64,000 nucleotides of DNA. Origin: Cyanophora paradoxa CCMP329. Lineage: Eukaryota; Plantae; Glaucophyta. The notes under the pieces were generated by a model that saw only the letters and a list, made by a program, of their open reading frames with translations, did no database searches and was not told the origin of the DNA. The stretch covers positions 124,001 through 188,000 of the forward strand of contig QPMI01000165.1 of assembly GCA_004431415.1 (NCBI GenBank), read 5' to 3'. A program made the translations under genes and the position numbers. Below, piece by piece: positions 13,374 through 25,498 of the stretch (its first letter is position 1; each line of letters begins with the position of its first letter).

Positions 13374-16022
13374 TCACTTGCCCTCCGGATCCGCGGCGCC
13401 GGCGTCGGCGCCGGCGGGCTTGCGGATCATGTTGAGCTCCTTGCGCGTGGCGGGCCGCTTGTGGACGTCCCGCGGGAAGTATCCGAAGCGCTTCTCCGCC
13501 TCGCGCAGCGGGAGCAGCGCGAGGGCGCAGAGGAGGGCGGCGCCCACGGCGCCGGCGGCGAGGGAGGGCGCGGCGGCGAGGACGGTGTCGGGGGCCGGCC
13601 CGACGCGCCCGACGAGGGCGGCGAAGGCCACGAGGGCGCAGGCGGAGGCCTCGAGGGCGCGCTGGGCGCGCCGGAGGCCGAGGAGGGCGCCCGAGCAGCT
13701 GCTGCAGATCTTTACGTGCTGCTCGTAGCGGTCCAGGAGGACCGACTCCGGCTGCCGCTCCAGGGGCCGCGCCGCGTCCTCCCCCCGCGTCTGCCCCGGC
13801 ATGCCCGGCCACACCTGCGAACGCCCACGCAGGCGCGCGGGTGAGAGGGGTGTACGGAGATGGGGGGGGGGGGGGGGGGGGGTACGGCGCGCCTCGTCCA
13901 TCCAGCGGCGGAACCGAATCACGGCGGCGTCGGCCTGCGGCGCCCGGCTCGGAGGGGGCGCGAGAGGGGGGGGAGAGGGGCAGGGGTACGGGCGCGCCTC
14001 GCAGGGGAGGTACATCTCCTTCCGCCACTCGTACCCCGTCCGCCGCAGCCGCGCCTCCTGCTCCCTGCGCCGCGCGCGCCCGCACCCCGGTCGGCCCCAG
14101 GCGTACCCCCCCCTCCGGGCCCGGTACCCCCCGCACCGGAGGAAGAGGAGGTCCTGGTCTAGGATGAGGTTGCGCTCGAAGTGGTCCATCCAGCGCGGCC
14201 GCAGCTTCATGAACCACAGCGCGAAGTTCCGCGGGAAGCTGGGCCCGGGGGGTACGCGTGCGGCGTAAACGGCCGATCGGGGGTGCGGGATTGGGCGAGG
14301 GCGGCTGGGGTACCGGGCAATGATGCGGGAGCGCCCGTGCCCCGTCGGGATGAAGTACGCAATAAGGCCGCCCTGGCCCATCTTGAAGCTGCGAGGGCAC
14401 GTGAGGGACACGAGGGGGTACAGAAGGGTTGGGCGCACGCGAAGGTGTACTCCCCGAGGGTGGGGGGTTCGAATGTCAGCGCGTTCTCAGCGAGCCTGGG
14501 GTACGTGTCAGAGGTGAAGAAGGGGTCGGGAGACAAGGTGGGGGGGGGGTACGACGCTGACATCGAGCCGGCCATCGTCATGTCGCCGCGGAAGCCGCCG
14601 TTCGGCCTCTGCGGCGGGCGGGGTTGGGCGGGCGCGCGGGCGCGGGTCGGTGCGGGGGGCGGGGTACCGCACCTCCTCGAACGTGAAGGAGAGGGGCCCG
14701 GCGCGGTAGCGGTTGCCCTGCGCGCGGGTTCGAATCCGCGCGGCGGCGGATTCGGTGGCGGTGCGGGCGAGCCTGGACGCTGTGGTGCGAGAAGGGTACG
14801 TGCGTCGGGTCGATCACGTTCTCGACGAGCACCGTGTAGTCTGGGGGGTACGGGGTCAGACTTCAGAGACTCGAAGGGGGGGCGGAGCCCAAGGCCCCGG
14901 CCGCCGGCACCGTAGGGCCTGCCGGGAGCAGCGATCAGGTAAGGGCGTGGTGTGGGGGGGGGGAGAAGAAGGGGGGGTACGGGCGAACAGGTCGCGGACG
15001 ACATCGACGTACTCCATGTCGGGGCGGGCGATGGTCGGGGAGAGGGGTATCGCCTCCTCCGGGCCCTCGCTCCCCGCGTCCGCCCACAGCTGCCGCGGCT
15101 ATCAGCTGGGAGAGAAGGCAGGGCGGGTGGGCGAATGGTGGGGGGGGTACGGGCCCAGACGAGGCCCTGCTTGACGGTGACTTGGTAGGACTTGATGCAG
15201 GTGCGGGCCTCGTTGATGGGGACCTCCGCCGGCAGCTGCGGGATCCGCAGGCACTTGCCCGCCCCTGCGCGCGCGCCTCGGACATCAGCGGCGGTGGCGG
15301 CGGCGGCGGCGGCCGCGGCGGCGGGCCCGGGGCCGGGGAGGCGCGCCGTCGAACTGCCAGCCGTGGTAGCCGCACTCGAGGGTGCCGGCGCCGCAGCCCT
15401 CGGAGCGCGGCACGACGCGGCCCTCCGAGAGCGGCACCGCGCGGTGCGGGCACCGGTCCTCCACGCACCGGATCTGCGCGGAGGGCGCCGCTCGGGCGCC
15501 GCTCGGGCGGCGAGCGCGCGAGGCGGGACGGGGCGGGGCGCGCCTGGTCATCCTCGTCGGCGCGCCACAGCACGAGCGGCTCGTCGAAGAGGGAGAAGCG
15601 GTACGGCGTGCCCACGGGAAGTCCTGCGGGCCGGGCAGACATGTCACGCGCGCCGGCGGCGGTCCGACGGGCGGGCCGGGGCGCCGCACCACGAGGGGGG
15701 TCACGGGATACCACTGCTTGCGCCAGTCGAAGGTCTGCGCGGCGCTCGCCGGCTGCTCGGCCGGCCTTGTTTCGGAGGCCGCCGGCGGCGTCGCCTGCAT
15801 CCGTACGCGTGCCGGAGCGAACGACCGCCGAGCCGCCGCGCGCGCCGCATCGAACCGGGACTGCGGCGCCCCGGCGCTGAACCTGGCGCCGCGCGCTGGC
15901 CGGCTGGCCGCCGAGAACTGGCCGGCAGCGGGGCACGTGCAGGCCCGGCCCGGGGCGCCCGTCGAGGGCGTGAGAGATCCTTTGGCCCCTGCCAGAAGGC
16001 CCTGACCGACCGCGAACGCCAT
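13374..16022 (-). CDS. Plastid-targeted Rieske non-heme iron oxygenase, pheophorbide a oxygenase/TIC55 family, multi-exon
   Basis: Transit-peptide-like MAFAVGQ... N-terminus; FDWRKQWYPV; Rieske ligands DRCPHRAVPLSEG and ECGYHGWQFDG; mononuclear Fe motif ENVIDPTHVPFSHH; C-terminal LLDRYEQHVKICSSC. Confidence 0.9.
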
Positions 16023-17245
16023 ATCGGAAGTCTCGAGTCCCTGCGACTCTGAATTTGTGTACCCCCCTCAGTCCCCAGGCCCCAGGGCCCGCCTGGGCCC
16101 GCCTCACGCCAGCGCTAGCACAGCAGTCCGATCGACGGCGCGGGATGGGAAACCAGCTCGGTAAGCGCAAGAGAGAGGATGCGTCTCCCGGGGACGCGCA
16201 CCCGCCCGCATCCTGCAGCGAAGATCAGCCATCAGCGCCAGTCGAAGATGCGGAGATCGAGCCGCTGCCCGTTCAGTTCTTTCGCGCTTATTCGCCATTC
16301 GCCGCTTCGCCCCGAAACCGGAATCTCCGACGGACGATACCCCAGCGGGGGCTGCAACCGAAGCCGCGCCGGGGAAGCGGCATCGCCCTTCAGGCATCTG
16401 CCAGACGGCGTGCTCTCACAGATCTTCGAGCTCCTGGGCCTGCGGACCGTGGCCGTCGCGCGCTTGATGTGCCGCCGCTGGCGCAACGTGGCCGAGACGT
16501 TCGAGTGGCGCAATCTGGAGCTTGCGGTGGAGAGCGTCGAGCAACTGGATCAGATCGCGAGCCAGATCGCGAGTGGAGGCCAGGAGTGCGGGGGCCGGCG
16601 GTGGATCCGCTTGGCGCCCGGCGCGTCGCTGCGCCTGGAGGTGGACCGGAGAGCGGGCGTTCTCCGGGCGTCGGACGGCCAGAAGAGCCCGTGGGAGGCC
16701 GCCCTCGCGCTCGCGTCGGCGTGCGCGGCGGCGAGCGGCGGCCTCGGCGAAGTCGACCTCACCTGCGACTCCTCCGGGCCCTCGCGCTCCTGCTTCGGCG
16801 GCCTTCTCGGCGCCCTCGCGCCGCCCGGCGGCGCCGCCTGCGCCGCCCTCCGCAGCGTCTCGATCCAGGCGCGCGGCCTCTTCTCCTCCTACGACTGCAA
16901 GGGCCTCCCCGCCCCTGCCGAGTTCGAGCCGCTCCTCCGCCCCTTCCCCAACCTCGAGGGCCTCTCGCTCCCCGTCTGCTGCACCGCCGACCGCGCATCG
17001 GCCGCCGCCCTCGCCCAATCCCTCCCGCGCCTCAAGCGGGTGCGCCCTGCCCTTGCGCCCCGCGCCCGCGCGAGCCCTCAATGCACCGTCCGCAGCTGGA
17101 GATGAGCGTGGGGCGCTTCGACGCCGTGGCGGGCCTGGCGTCCCTCTCTTCCCTGGAGTTTCTCCAGATCCACAACGAGGCCTTCGAACCCCCCGACGCG
17201 GCGCCCCTCATCGAGGGCCTCGCCTCCGGCCCCGCCGCGCGCTCC
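14307..17245. repeat. Source copy of 2.9-kb segmental duplication
   Basis: Near-identical to 19841-22764. Confidence 0.95.
16023..16144. promoter_or_regulatory. Probable bidirectional promoter region (122 bp) between divergent PAO-like and F-box genes
   Basis: Two divergent ATGs at 16022 (-) and 16145 (+); inferred from geometry only. Confidence 0.35.
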
Positions 17246-18197
17246 CTCAAAGAGTGAGCGGGCGGGGGGCGTTGCTGATCCCGCCCCTGCTCCCGCCCTC
17301 CTCGGGCTGACTTTCCTCGTCCTTCTAGGCTCTTCTGCGTCGCGGATCTCTCCGGGGCGGCCCTGCGCGCCCTGCCGCGCCTCACCGCACTCGAGAGCTT
17401 CTGCGGGCCTCTCGGGGTACGCCGCCCCGACCTCCCTGCCCGCCCGCCCGCCCGCCGCGGTCGCCCGACCCCGCGCAGCTCAAGGCCGACGCGGGCGCCG
17501 ATGACGTGGCGGCCCTCGGCTCCTGCGCGGCGCTGAAGAGCGTGGGGCCGCTGCACCTGCACTCAGGGCCCCCCGGCGATCAGGGGCGCGCCGGGGAGCA
17601 GCTCGCCGGGCTCGTGGCGGCCCTCGGCGCTCCTCCTCCATCGCCGACCTCGAGCTGCGCCTCGGCACGGCAGAGACGCCGCCCGGGCCACCGAGCTCGA
17701 AGCGCTCGCGGCGCTGGCCGGCGCGGCCCGCGGGCGCCTCTCGCTGGAGCTGGAGGTGGACCTCGAGCCGGGCTGGCCGGCGCAGGCCGCCGCGGCGCTG
17801 GCGCCGGCCCCGCCCGCCGCCTCGTCCTCTCGGCCACCGTCAGCGAGCCGGCCATGGAGGGCGGCTGGCTGGCCGGCCTCGCCGCCTTCGCCAACTGCTC
17901 AGAGGACATCGAGGTCCGCCCGCCCGCCCGCCCGCCCGCCCGCCCGCGCCCCTTGCCTGCGCCCCGGCTCAAGCTTAGGCATGCTAAGCTTGCAAAGCTA
18001 AGTAGACGAGGAGCTGAGGGCGGGGCGGCAGGTGCGGGTGCGCACGGGGAGCGACGGGGAGGACGGGGGCGGGTTCGGCCGGGATCCGGAGCGGGCGATG
18101 GAGGGGGCGGGGGGCGGCTCGGGCCCTCCCCTCCGCCCGCGTCGGCTTCCGCGGCCGCGCCATCGACGCCGGATCCGAGCTCGGGATCGACATCTAG
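16145..18197 (+). CDS. F-box protein with LRR-like C-terminal region, multi-exon
   Basis: FRHLPDGVLSQIFELLGLRTVAVARLMCRRWRNV; LRR-like FPNLEGLSL, LPRLKR, LASLSSLEFLQI, LPRLTALE; stop TAG at 18195-18197. Confidence 0.7.
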
Positions 18198-18426
18198 CAG
18201 GGGCGGCGAGCGCAGGCAGGTCTGCCCCCGCGCGCCCGAGCGCATGCGCAGCTAGTTAAGCCGACTCGACTTTCTGTCTAATTGCTCCGGATCCAGTCCT
18301 CCAGTTCCGGAATCCGGCTTTTTCGACTTGTCCCTTGTAGCCGGCGCCTTGTTAACATTGCAGGAAAATACTCGAACAGAAATAAGGGGGCAGGCGCCTG
18401 CGGCTAGCGAGGTTAGGAACGGGGGT

Positions 18427-19827
18427 CTACTTGAAGCTGAGCTGGTTCAGCTGCGACTGGAGCAGCGCGTCCAGGCTCGCCTCTGCGTCGCCCGCCGCCG
18501 CCGCCGTCAGAAAACAAGCGGGGAGGGAAGGGGCCGGGCCCGCACCGCCCTGTGCTGGGGCGGGGCTCCCCGCCGGCCGTGCCGGACGGGGACGGCGCCG
18601 GGGACGGGGAGGGGCCGGGGAGTGCATGGGGAAGCCGCCGCCCATCATGCCCATCGGCTGCTGCTGGAAGAACGGCTGCGGGGCGGCGGGCCGGCGGGGG
18701 CGGGCCGCCCAGCATGCCCGGCGGGCCCGCCATCGCCATGGGCGACATCCGCGCCTGCGCCTGCGCCTGCTGCTGCTGCTGCGCCATCATCATCGCCGGC
18801 TGGCCCATCAGGGGCGACGCCCGCGCCGCCATCGGCTGCTGCTGCGCATTGAGCATCTGGAGCTGCTGGAGCTGCGCGGCGCGCTGCCCGGGGCCGGCCT
18901 GGAAGGGGACCTGCACGGAGGAGGCGGTGGCGGGGATCGAGAAGGCGCCGCCGCCGGCGCCGCGACGGCGAAGGCGCCCCAGTCCAGGGAGGCGGGGGGG
19001 AGGGGCCCGGGGACTGCCCGGGGGCGAGGCGGAGGGCGGGGGTAGCTCGAGGGCGCGGGGGCCGGCAGCTTCGAGAAGTCGGCGAAGAAGTCGTCCCCCC
19101 GGCCGAGGGGACGCTCGAGGGGGCCGGCGAGGCCGCCGGTGGCGGCGGCGTCGGCGAGGGGCGGGGCGCCGCCGCCCGGCCCGCCCCACTCGAACAGGTC
19201 CAGCAGATCCGAGGCGCCCGCCGCCGGCGCGCGGGTGCGGCCGGCGCCGCCGGCGCTGCTGCCTGCTGGGCCCTGCCGCCGCTCTGCCGCCGCCGGCGCC
19301 GCCGCCGCTGCCGATCCAGTCCACCATATCGAAGAGGCCCTTTGTGTCGGCCGGGGGCTTGGGCGAGGGCGACGGCGAGGGCGAGGCCGCCGGCGCCGGT
19401 GCCGCGAGGCCCGCGCGGCTGCGGCTGCCGGGCACGTCAGGCGCCGCGGGAGCGGGCGGGGCGGCGAGGGGCCGGGCGAACCGCCGCGCGCGGAGTCGTC
19501 AGAGGGGGTGGGCGAGGCCGAGGGGAGGCCCGCACGAGGGCGGGTAGGGGCGTGCGGGAGCGGACCTGCGGGCAAAGGCTCAGAGAGGGGCTACAGGGGC
19601 GCGGGCGGGGCGGGGCGCACGGGAAGGGACGAGGCGCCGACCTCCTTCATGACGGCCTCCAGGCGCTGCAGAACCTGGGGTACGGGATTCAGTGGCGGCT
19701 GGGTGGGGCGGGTACGAGAATTCACCTGGAAGATGTCGGGCGGGTGGAGGGGTCGGGGTTGAGGAGGAAGCGGATGAGCTGGTTGATCGACTCGGGGTGC
19801 CGCACGAACTGGAGGGCCCTCAGGCGG
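18427..19827 (-). pseudogene. 3' part of NAK/AAK1-like protein kinase gene; 5' part missing at the rearrangement junction
   Basis: Kinase subdomain XI-like LIRFLLNPDPSTRP(D)IFQ/VLQRLE (needs a 1-nt homopolymer correction), then a disordered Q/M/G-rich tail with endocytic-type motifs DLLDLF, DDFFADF, LDW. Confidence 0.55.
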
Positions 19828-19840
19828 CTGAAGGGGGCTA

Positions 19841-21548
19841 GGGGTACGGGCAATGATGCGGGAGCGCCCGTGCCCCGTCGGGATGAAGTACGCAATAAGG
19901 CCGCCCTGGCCCATCTTGAAGCTGCGGGGGCACGTGAGGGACACGAGGGGGTACAGGGGGTCCGGCGCACGCGGAGGTGTACTCCCGAGGGTGGGGGTAC
20001 GAATGTCAGCGCGTTCTCAGCGAGCCTGGGGTACATGTCAGTGAGGACGGAGAAGGGGTCGGGAGACAAGGGGGGCTAAGACGCGGACATCGAGCCAGCC
20101 ATTGCCATGTCGCCTCGGAAGCCGCCGTCCGGCCTCTGCGGCGCGAGGGGTTGGGCGGGCGGGCGGGCGCGGGCGGGTCGGTGCCGTGGGGGGGGGGGGG
20201 TACCGCACCTCCTCGAACGTGAAGGAGAGGGCCCGGCGCGGTAGCGGTTGCCCTGCGCGCGGGTTCGAATCCGCGCGGCGGTGGATTCGGGGCGGGGCGG
20301 GCGCGCCTGGACGCTGTGGTGCGAGAAGGGTACGTGCGTCGGGTCGATCACGTTCTCGACGAGCACCGTGTAGTCTGGGGGGTACGGGTCAGACTTCAGA
20401 GACTCGAAGGGGGGCGGAGCCCAAGGCCCGGCCGCCGGCACCGTAGGGCCTGCCGGGAGCAGCGATCAGGTAAGGGCGTGGTGTGGGGGGGGGAGAAGAA
20501 GGGGGTACGGACGCACAGGTCGCGGACGACATCGACGTACTCCATGTCGGGCGGGCGATGGTCGGGAGAGGGTATCGCCTCCTCCGGGCCCTCGCTCCCC
20601 GCGTCCGCCCACAGCTGCCGCGGCTATCAGCTGGGAGAGAAGGCAGGGCGGGTGGGCGAATGGGTGGGGGGGGGTACGGGCCCAGACGAGGCCCTGCTTG
20701 ACGGTGACTTGGTAGGACTTGATGCAGGTGCGGGCCTCGTTGATGGGGACCTCCGCCGGCAGCTGCGGGATCCGCAGGCACTTGCCCGCCCTGCGCGCGC
20801 GCCTCGGACATCAGCGGCGGTGGCGGCGGCGGCGGCGGCCGCGGCGGCGGGCCCGGGCCGGGGAGGCGCGCCGTCGAACTGCCAGCCGTGGTAGCCGCAC
20901 TCGAGGGTGCCGGCGCCGCAGCCCTCGGAGCGCGGCACGACGCGGCCCTCCGAGAGCGGCACCGCGCGGTGCGGGCACCGGTCCTCCACGCACCGGATCT
21001 GCGCGGAGGGCGCCGCTCGGGCGCCGCTCGGGCGGCGAGCGCGCGAGGCGGGACGGGGCGGGGCGCGCCTGGTCATCCTCGTCGGCGCGCCACAGCACGA
21101 GCGGCTCGTCGAAGAGGGAGAAGCGGTACGGCGTGCCCACGGGGAAGTCCTGCGGGCCGGGCAGACATGTCACGCGCGCCGGCGGCGGTCCGACGGTCGG
21201 GCCGGGGCGCCGCACCACGAGGGGGGTCACGGGATACCACTGCTTGCGCCAGTCGAAGGTCTGCGCGGCGCTCGCCGGCTGCTCGGCCGGCCTTGTTTCG
21301 GAGGCCGCCGGCGGCGTCGCCTGCATCCGTACGCGTGCCGGAGCGAACGACCGCCGAGCCGCCGCGCGCGCCGCATCGAACCGGGACTGCGGCGCCCCGG
21401 CGCTGAACCTGGCGCCGCGCGCTGGCCGGCTGGCCGCCGAGAACTGGCCGGCAGCGGGGCACGTGCAGGCCCGGCCCGGGGCGCCCGTCGAGGGCGTGAG
21501 AGATCCTTTGGCCCCTGCCAGAAGGCCCTGACCGACCGCGAACGCCAT
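19841..21548 (-). pseudogene. 3'-truncated copy of PAO/TIC55-like gene
   Basis: Same N-terminus and Rieske motifs; ends at ...SRIIAR at the junction. Confidence 0.85.
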
Positions 21549-21668
21549 ATCGGAAGTCTCGAGTCCCTGCGACTCTGAATTTGTGTACCCCCTCAGTCCC
21601 AGGCCCCAGGGCCCGCCTGGGCCCGCCTCACGCCAGCGCTAGCACAGCAGTCCGATCGACGGCGCGGG

Positions 21669-22764
21669 ATGGGAAACCAGCTCGGTAAGCGCAAGAGAGA
21701 GGATGCGTCTCCCGGGGACGCGCACCCGCCCGCATCCTGCAGCGAAGATCAGCCATCAGCGCCAGTCGAAGATGCGGAGATCGAGCCGCTGCCCCGTTCA
21801 GTTCTTTCGCGCTTATTCGCCATTCGCCGCTTCGCCCCGAAACGGAATCTCCGACGGACGATACCCAGCGGGGGCTGCAACCGAAGCCGCGCCGGGGAAG
21901 CGGCATCGCCCTTCAGGCATCTGCCAGACGGCGTGCTCTCACAGATCTTCGAGCTCCTGGGCCTGCGGACCGTGGCCGTCGCGCGCTTGATGTGCCGCCG
22001 CTGGCGCAACGTGGCCGAGACGTTCGAGTGGCGCAATCTGGAGCTTGCGGTGGAGAGCGTCGAGCAACTGGATCAGATCGCGAGCCAGATCGCGAGTGGA
22101 GGCCAGGAGTGCGGGGGCCGGCGGTGGATCCGCTTGGCGCCCGGCGCGTCGCTGCGCCTGGAGGTGGACCGGAGAGCGGGCGTTCTCCGGGCGTCGGACG
22201 GCCAGAAGAGCCCGTGGGAGGCCGCCCTCGCGCTCGCGTCGGCGTGCGCGGCGGCGAGCGGCGGCCTCGGCGAAGTCGACCTCACCTGCGACTCCTCCGG
22301 GCCCTCGCGCTCCTGCTTCGGCGGCCTTCTCGGCGCCCTCGCGCCGCCCGGCGGCGCCGCCTGCGCCGCCTCCGCAGCGTCTCGATCCAGGCGCGCGGCC
22401 TCTTCTCCTCCTACGACTGCAAGGGCCTCCCCGCCCCTGCCGAGTTCGAGCCGCTCCTCCGCCCTTCCCAACCTCGAGGGCCTCTCGCTCCCGTCTGCTG
22501 CACCGCCGACCGCGCATCGGCCGCCGCCCTCGCCCAATCCCTCCCGCGCCTCAAGCGGGTGCGCCCTGCCCTTGCGCCCCGCGCCCGCGCGAGCCCTCAA
22601 TGCACCGTCCGCAGCTGGAGATGAGCGTGGGGCGCTTCGACGCCGTGGCGGGCCTGGCGTCCCTCTCTTCCCTGGAGTTTCTCCAGATCCACAACGAGGC
22701 CTTCGAACCCCCCGACGCGGCGCCCCTCATCGAGGGCCTCGCCTCCGGCCCCGCCGCGCGCTCC
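21669..22764 (+). pseudogene. 3'-truncated copy of F-box gene, running in frame into viral-region sequence
   Basis: Same F-box; exon ...GLASGPAARS continues into DLDYFGEH. Confidence 0.8.
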
Positions 22765-23100
22765 GACCTCGACTACTTCGGGGAACACCCCCGCGTCGTG
22801 CTCACATCCGACGTCGGCTACTGGCGCGAGCGGCTCGGGGGCATGCGGCCCCTCGAGGTGCGCCCCTCGGAGCGCCGCCACCAGTGGCACCCGGGCCTCA
22901 GCTACCGCCGGCCCCAGGACGAGCCGGGCGTGGCCTACGTGCAGTACAGCAGGCACTCGACCCCCGCCGAGCTGGCGGCCTTCGTGCTGGACCTGCGGCC
23001 GCGGGCGGTCCTCCTGCGCACGCCGCACGCGGGCCGCGAGGTCGAAGGCCGCTTCGGGGAGCTCCTGCGCTCCCAGCCCGTCGTCGCGGAGTGGGACTAG
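22765..23100 (+). pseudogene. C-terminal fragment of SNM1/Artemis-like beta-CASP (DRMBL) nuclease
   Basis: AYVQYSRHSTPAELAAFVLDLRPRAV resembles the V.YS.HSS..EL..FV..L.P motif. Confidence 0.55.
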
Positions 23101-23131
23101 CTGTCTGGATTCATCATCAACACACCGGTAC

Positions 23132-23430
23132 CTACAGGCAGTACGAGCACATGTCTACGCCCCAGATCTTGATGGTCTTCTTGCGGGCGGCGCCGGCCCC
23201 CGCGGGGTGGGGGTAGCGCGGGTAGACCCCCCACGTCTGCCCGGTGTCCACCCGGATGCCAAAGTGAGCGAACGGGCCCGCGTGGATGGCCGTGGAGAAG
23301 TTGTGGTGCTCGGGGTAGCCCTTCGCCCTGCACCAGGTGGCGAAGGCGTCCTTGAAGACGCCAACCGGGCACCAGATGGTCGGGTCGAGCCGGACGGCCT
23401 GCCCGTCGCGCAGGAAGGCATACATGCGGC
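23132..23430 (-). pseudogene. Fragment resembling the C-terminal winged-helix of NCLDV D5-like helicase-primase
   Basis: FLRDGQAVRLDPTIWCPVGVFKDAFATWC...HAGPFAHFGI...IWGVDM. Confidence 0.5.
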
Positions 23431-23529
23431 CTTCGTGCGACGACGCCCCGGCGGCCGCCGCATCGCGCCGGCGCCGCGCCTCGAGGTCCTCGATCTCCGC
23501 GGCCGAGAAGAAGCGAGCGGGCGCCGGCG

Positions 23530-24126
23530 ACGGCCTACTCGAGTCGCTCTTCCCCGTGCACGAGGATGCCAACCCGCCGGCCAGCGAGTGGGGGCTGCGT
23601 ACGGCCCCGGGCGCCGACCCGCTGACGACGGCGGCCGCCAAGAGGCGCGTGCGCACGATGCAGGGCGCCGTCGCGGCGGCCTGGGCCCTGCTGCGGACCG
23701 CCGACGGCAAGACCCTCGGCGAGGGGCCTCGCGAGGGGATCCTGGCGCAGGCGTGGGCGTGCATCCCGACCCTGACGCAGGCGAGCGCGCGTGCTTTGCC
23801 CGCGTGCCCGCAGCCCCCTAGCCTGATGCGAGGCGCGCCCGCAGGCCGTGGCGTTCCACTGCGAGGCGTGCCGTGCCGACTTCCGCGACCAGGGGTTCCC
23901 GCCGCCGCCGTTCGGGAGCTACCCGTTCGCCAACTCCCCCTTCGAGAAGCTCGGCGGCCCGCGCGGCGCGCTCTTGCGCGTGCGCGTCGGCGGGGAGCCG
24001 CTGCTCGAGCTCGGCGTGCCCTGGGGGCCGCTGCACCGCCCGCTGGACGACGTGGCGGGCCCCGGGGCGCGGCGCGGCTGCGTGCGGGCATCGCCGCGGG
24101 CCTGGAGTTCCTCGCCCAAATCGTGA
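23530..24126 (+). CDS. Hypothetical protein fragment with one GC-AG intron (23781-23844)
   Basis: ACG CAG|gcgagc...ctgat...ccgcag|GCC GTG joins two ORFs in frame (IPTLTQ|AVAFHCEAC). Confidence 0.4.
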
Positions 24127-24232
24127 CCGAGCTGGCGCGCGTCGCGGGGCTGGACACGGCCCCGGCGCCGGCGGGGCCGTCGGCGGCGCAGGCTAGCGCT
24201 GGGCCAATGTGATCTATATAATTCAAGATGGT

Positions 24233-24583
24233 GACAACACCAAGCCGGGCGCCTCCCGCGTCGAGGACGTCTGCTTCTGGTACAAGGCCGAACAGCACCC
24301 CTCCTTCCGCCTCGGCTCCATGGAGTTCTGGAAGTACCACCTCAAGCACTTCGACCCGGCCGCCGGCGACGGCCTCTCCTCCGACGAGGATGAGGGGGCG
24401 GCGATCGTCAGGGGCGGGGGAGGTGGCAGGGGAGGCCGCAGGGGCGGGGGCAACAGGGCCGTCCTGCACGTGCGGAAGATCGGGACGGCAGCGGAGGCGC
24501 CGGGCATCCGGCGGGGCGGGGGCGGCGGGGGCGGCACGGAGAGTGGCAATGACACGGGTGACGAGGACTTCGATGATGACTAG
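24233..24583 (+). pseudogene. C-terminal fragment of A32-like genome packaging ATPase
   Basis: DNTKPGASRVEDVCFWYKAEQHPSFRLGSMEFWKYH matches the NCLDV A32 C-terminal motif; Walker motifs absent. Confidence 0.75.
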
Positions 24584-25350
24584 GGCCCCTGTGCCCTGTG
24601 TTGCCCGACCACAGTGTACTCGGGGGGGTCTGCCATCAGCTCGATGTACGTGCCCTTGGTTGAGCTGCCGGGGGGGTTGTGCCGGAGCACAACGTGGTAG
24701 GACCCTTCCAGCCAGCCATCAAGCCCACCCTTCATGGGGATAGTGTTTCGCCCAGGTGGCCCACTGGGCTTCATGCGGTAAGCGCCACGGTAGTATCCCT
24801 GGGCCCCCAGCAGGGCGTCGAGGTGTACCATGGATAGATCCGGGTCACTGGGATCGATGTGGCCTGTTCGCTGGACCAGGTCAATGGCAGCCCGTGCCAT
24901 GATCCTGCCTATGCCTCGCATGGCCTCTCTCTGGGCTGTGGTAGGTACCTCTCCGCGAGGGCCGAAATAGTTGAAGAACTCTGACAGTATCACATTCGGT
25001 CGCCGGCGCGATGTTTCCGGGGGCTCGATGTATCCGTACAGATAGGCAAGCTGACCTGTCCTCGTGCCAATATCGTTCAGCGTGGCTTCATTCCCCGGAG
25101 CATACACTACAACGCTGAAGTGCCCATCTCGGCTCATGGTCGTCTTGAGCTGCAGCGGGTACCTGCCTATGTGCCCACGACCACCAGGAATGGTCCGCTC
25201 AAGGTCAAAGACAGACTCTTCGCAGCCGCATGCCTTGAGCGCGGCCTCAACCCGCTGCCGGATCGTGGGCCATACCACGTTCCGTGCATAGTGCAGTACT
25301 GCGGTGATTGCCTCGGAAAGCAGAGTCTTTGCCTGCATGTCATCGACCAA
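24580..25350 (-). CDS. Hypothetical protein, possibly GNAT acetyltransferase fold
   Basis: 256-aa ORF of normal composition; MRGIGRIMARAAID and VHLDALLGAQGYY resemble GNAT motifs A and B. Confidence 0.4.
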   Translation of the reverse strand: MVDDMQAKTLLSEAITAVLHYARNVVWPTIRQRVEAALKACGCEESVFDLERTIPGGRGHIGRYPLQLKTTMSRDGHFSVVVYAPGNEATLNDIGTRTGQLAYLYGYIEPPETSRRRPNVILSEFFNYFGPRGEVPTTAQREAMRGIGRIMARAAIDLVQRTGHIDPSDPDLSMVHLDALLGAQGYYRGAYRMKPSGPPGRNTIPMKGGLDGWLEGSYHVVLRHNPPGSSTKGTYIELMADPPEYTVVGQHRAQGP

Positions 25351-25498
25351 CCGTACCGCGCGGGTTACCCTGGGGGGGGGTGATCACGAAGAATGGCGAC
25401 GTTGGCTGGAAGCCGCGGGGGGAGGAGGGCCGCGTTGTATTCAAGATCGGCGGGTCCGATGTCACATACAAGCTCACGAAGCGGGCGCGGCCGGGCAG

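Larger units (their letters stand above)
19841..22764. repeat. Direct duplicate of 14307-17245 (5' halves of PAO-like and F-box genes) at the host/virus boundary
   Basis: Matches from GGGGTAC(C)GGGCAATGATGCGG to CCCGCCGCGCGCTCC; differences are mostly 1-nt homopolymer indels. Confidence 0.95.

Noticed and set aside
212-22000. Numerous long Arg/Pro/Gly/Ala-rich six-frame ORFs
   Set aside because: These are stop-poor artefacts of very high GC; the real genes are multi-exon.
14307-22764. Frameshift pseudogenisation distinguishing the duplicated copies
   Set aside because: The differences are mainly 1-nt indels in G/C runs in both copies, typical of long-read consensus error.
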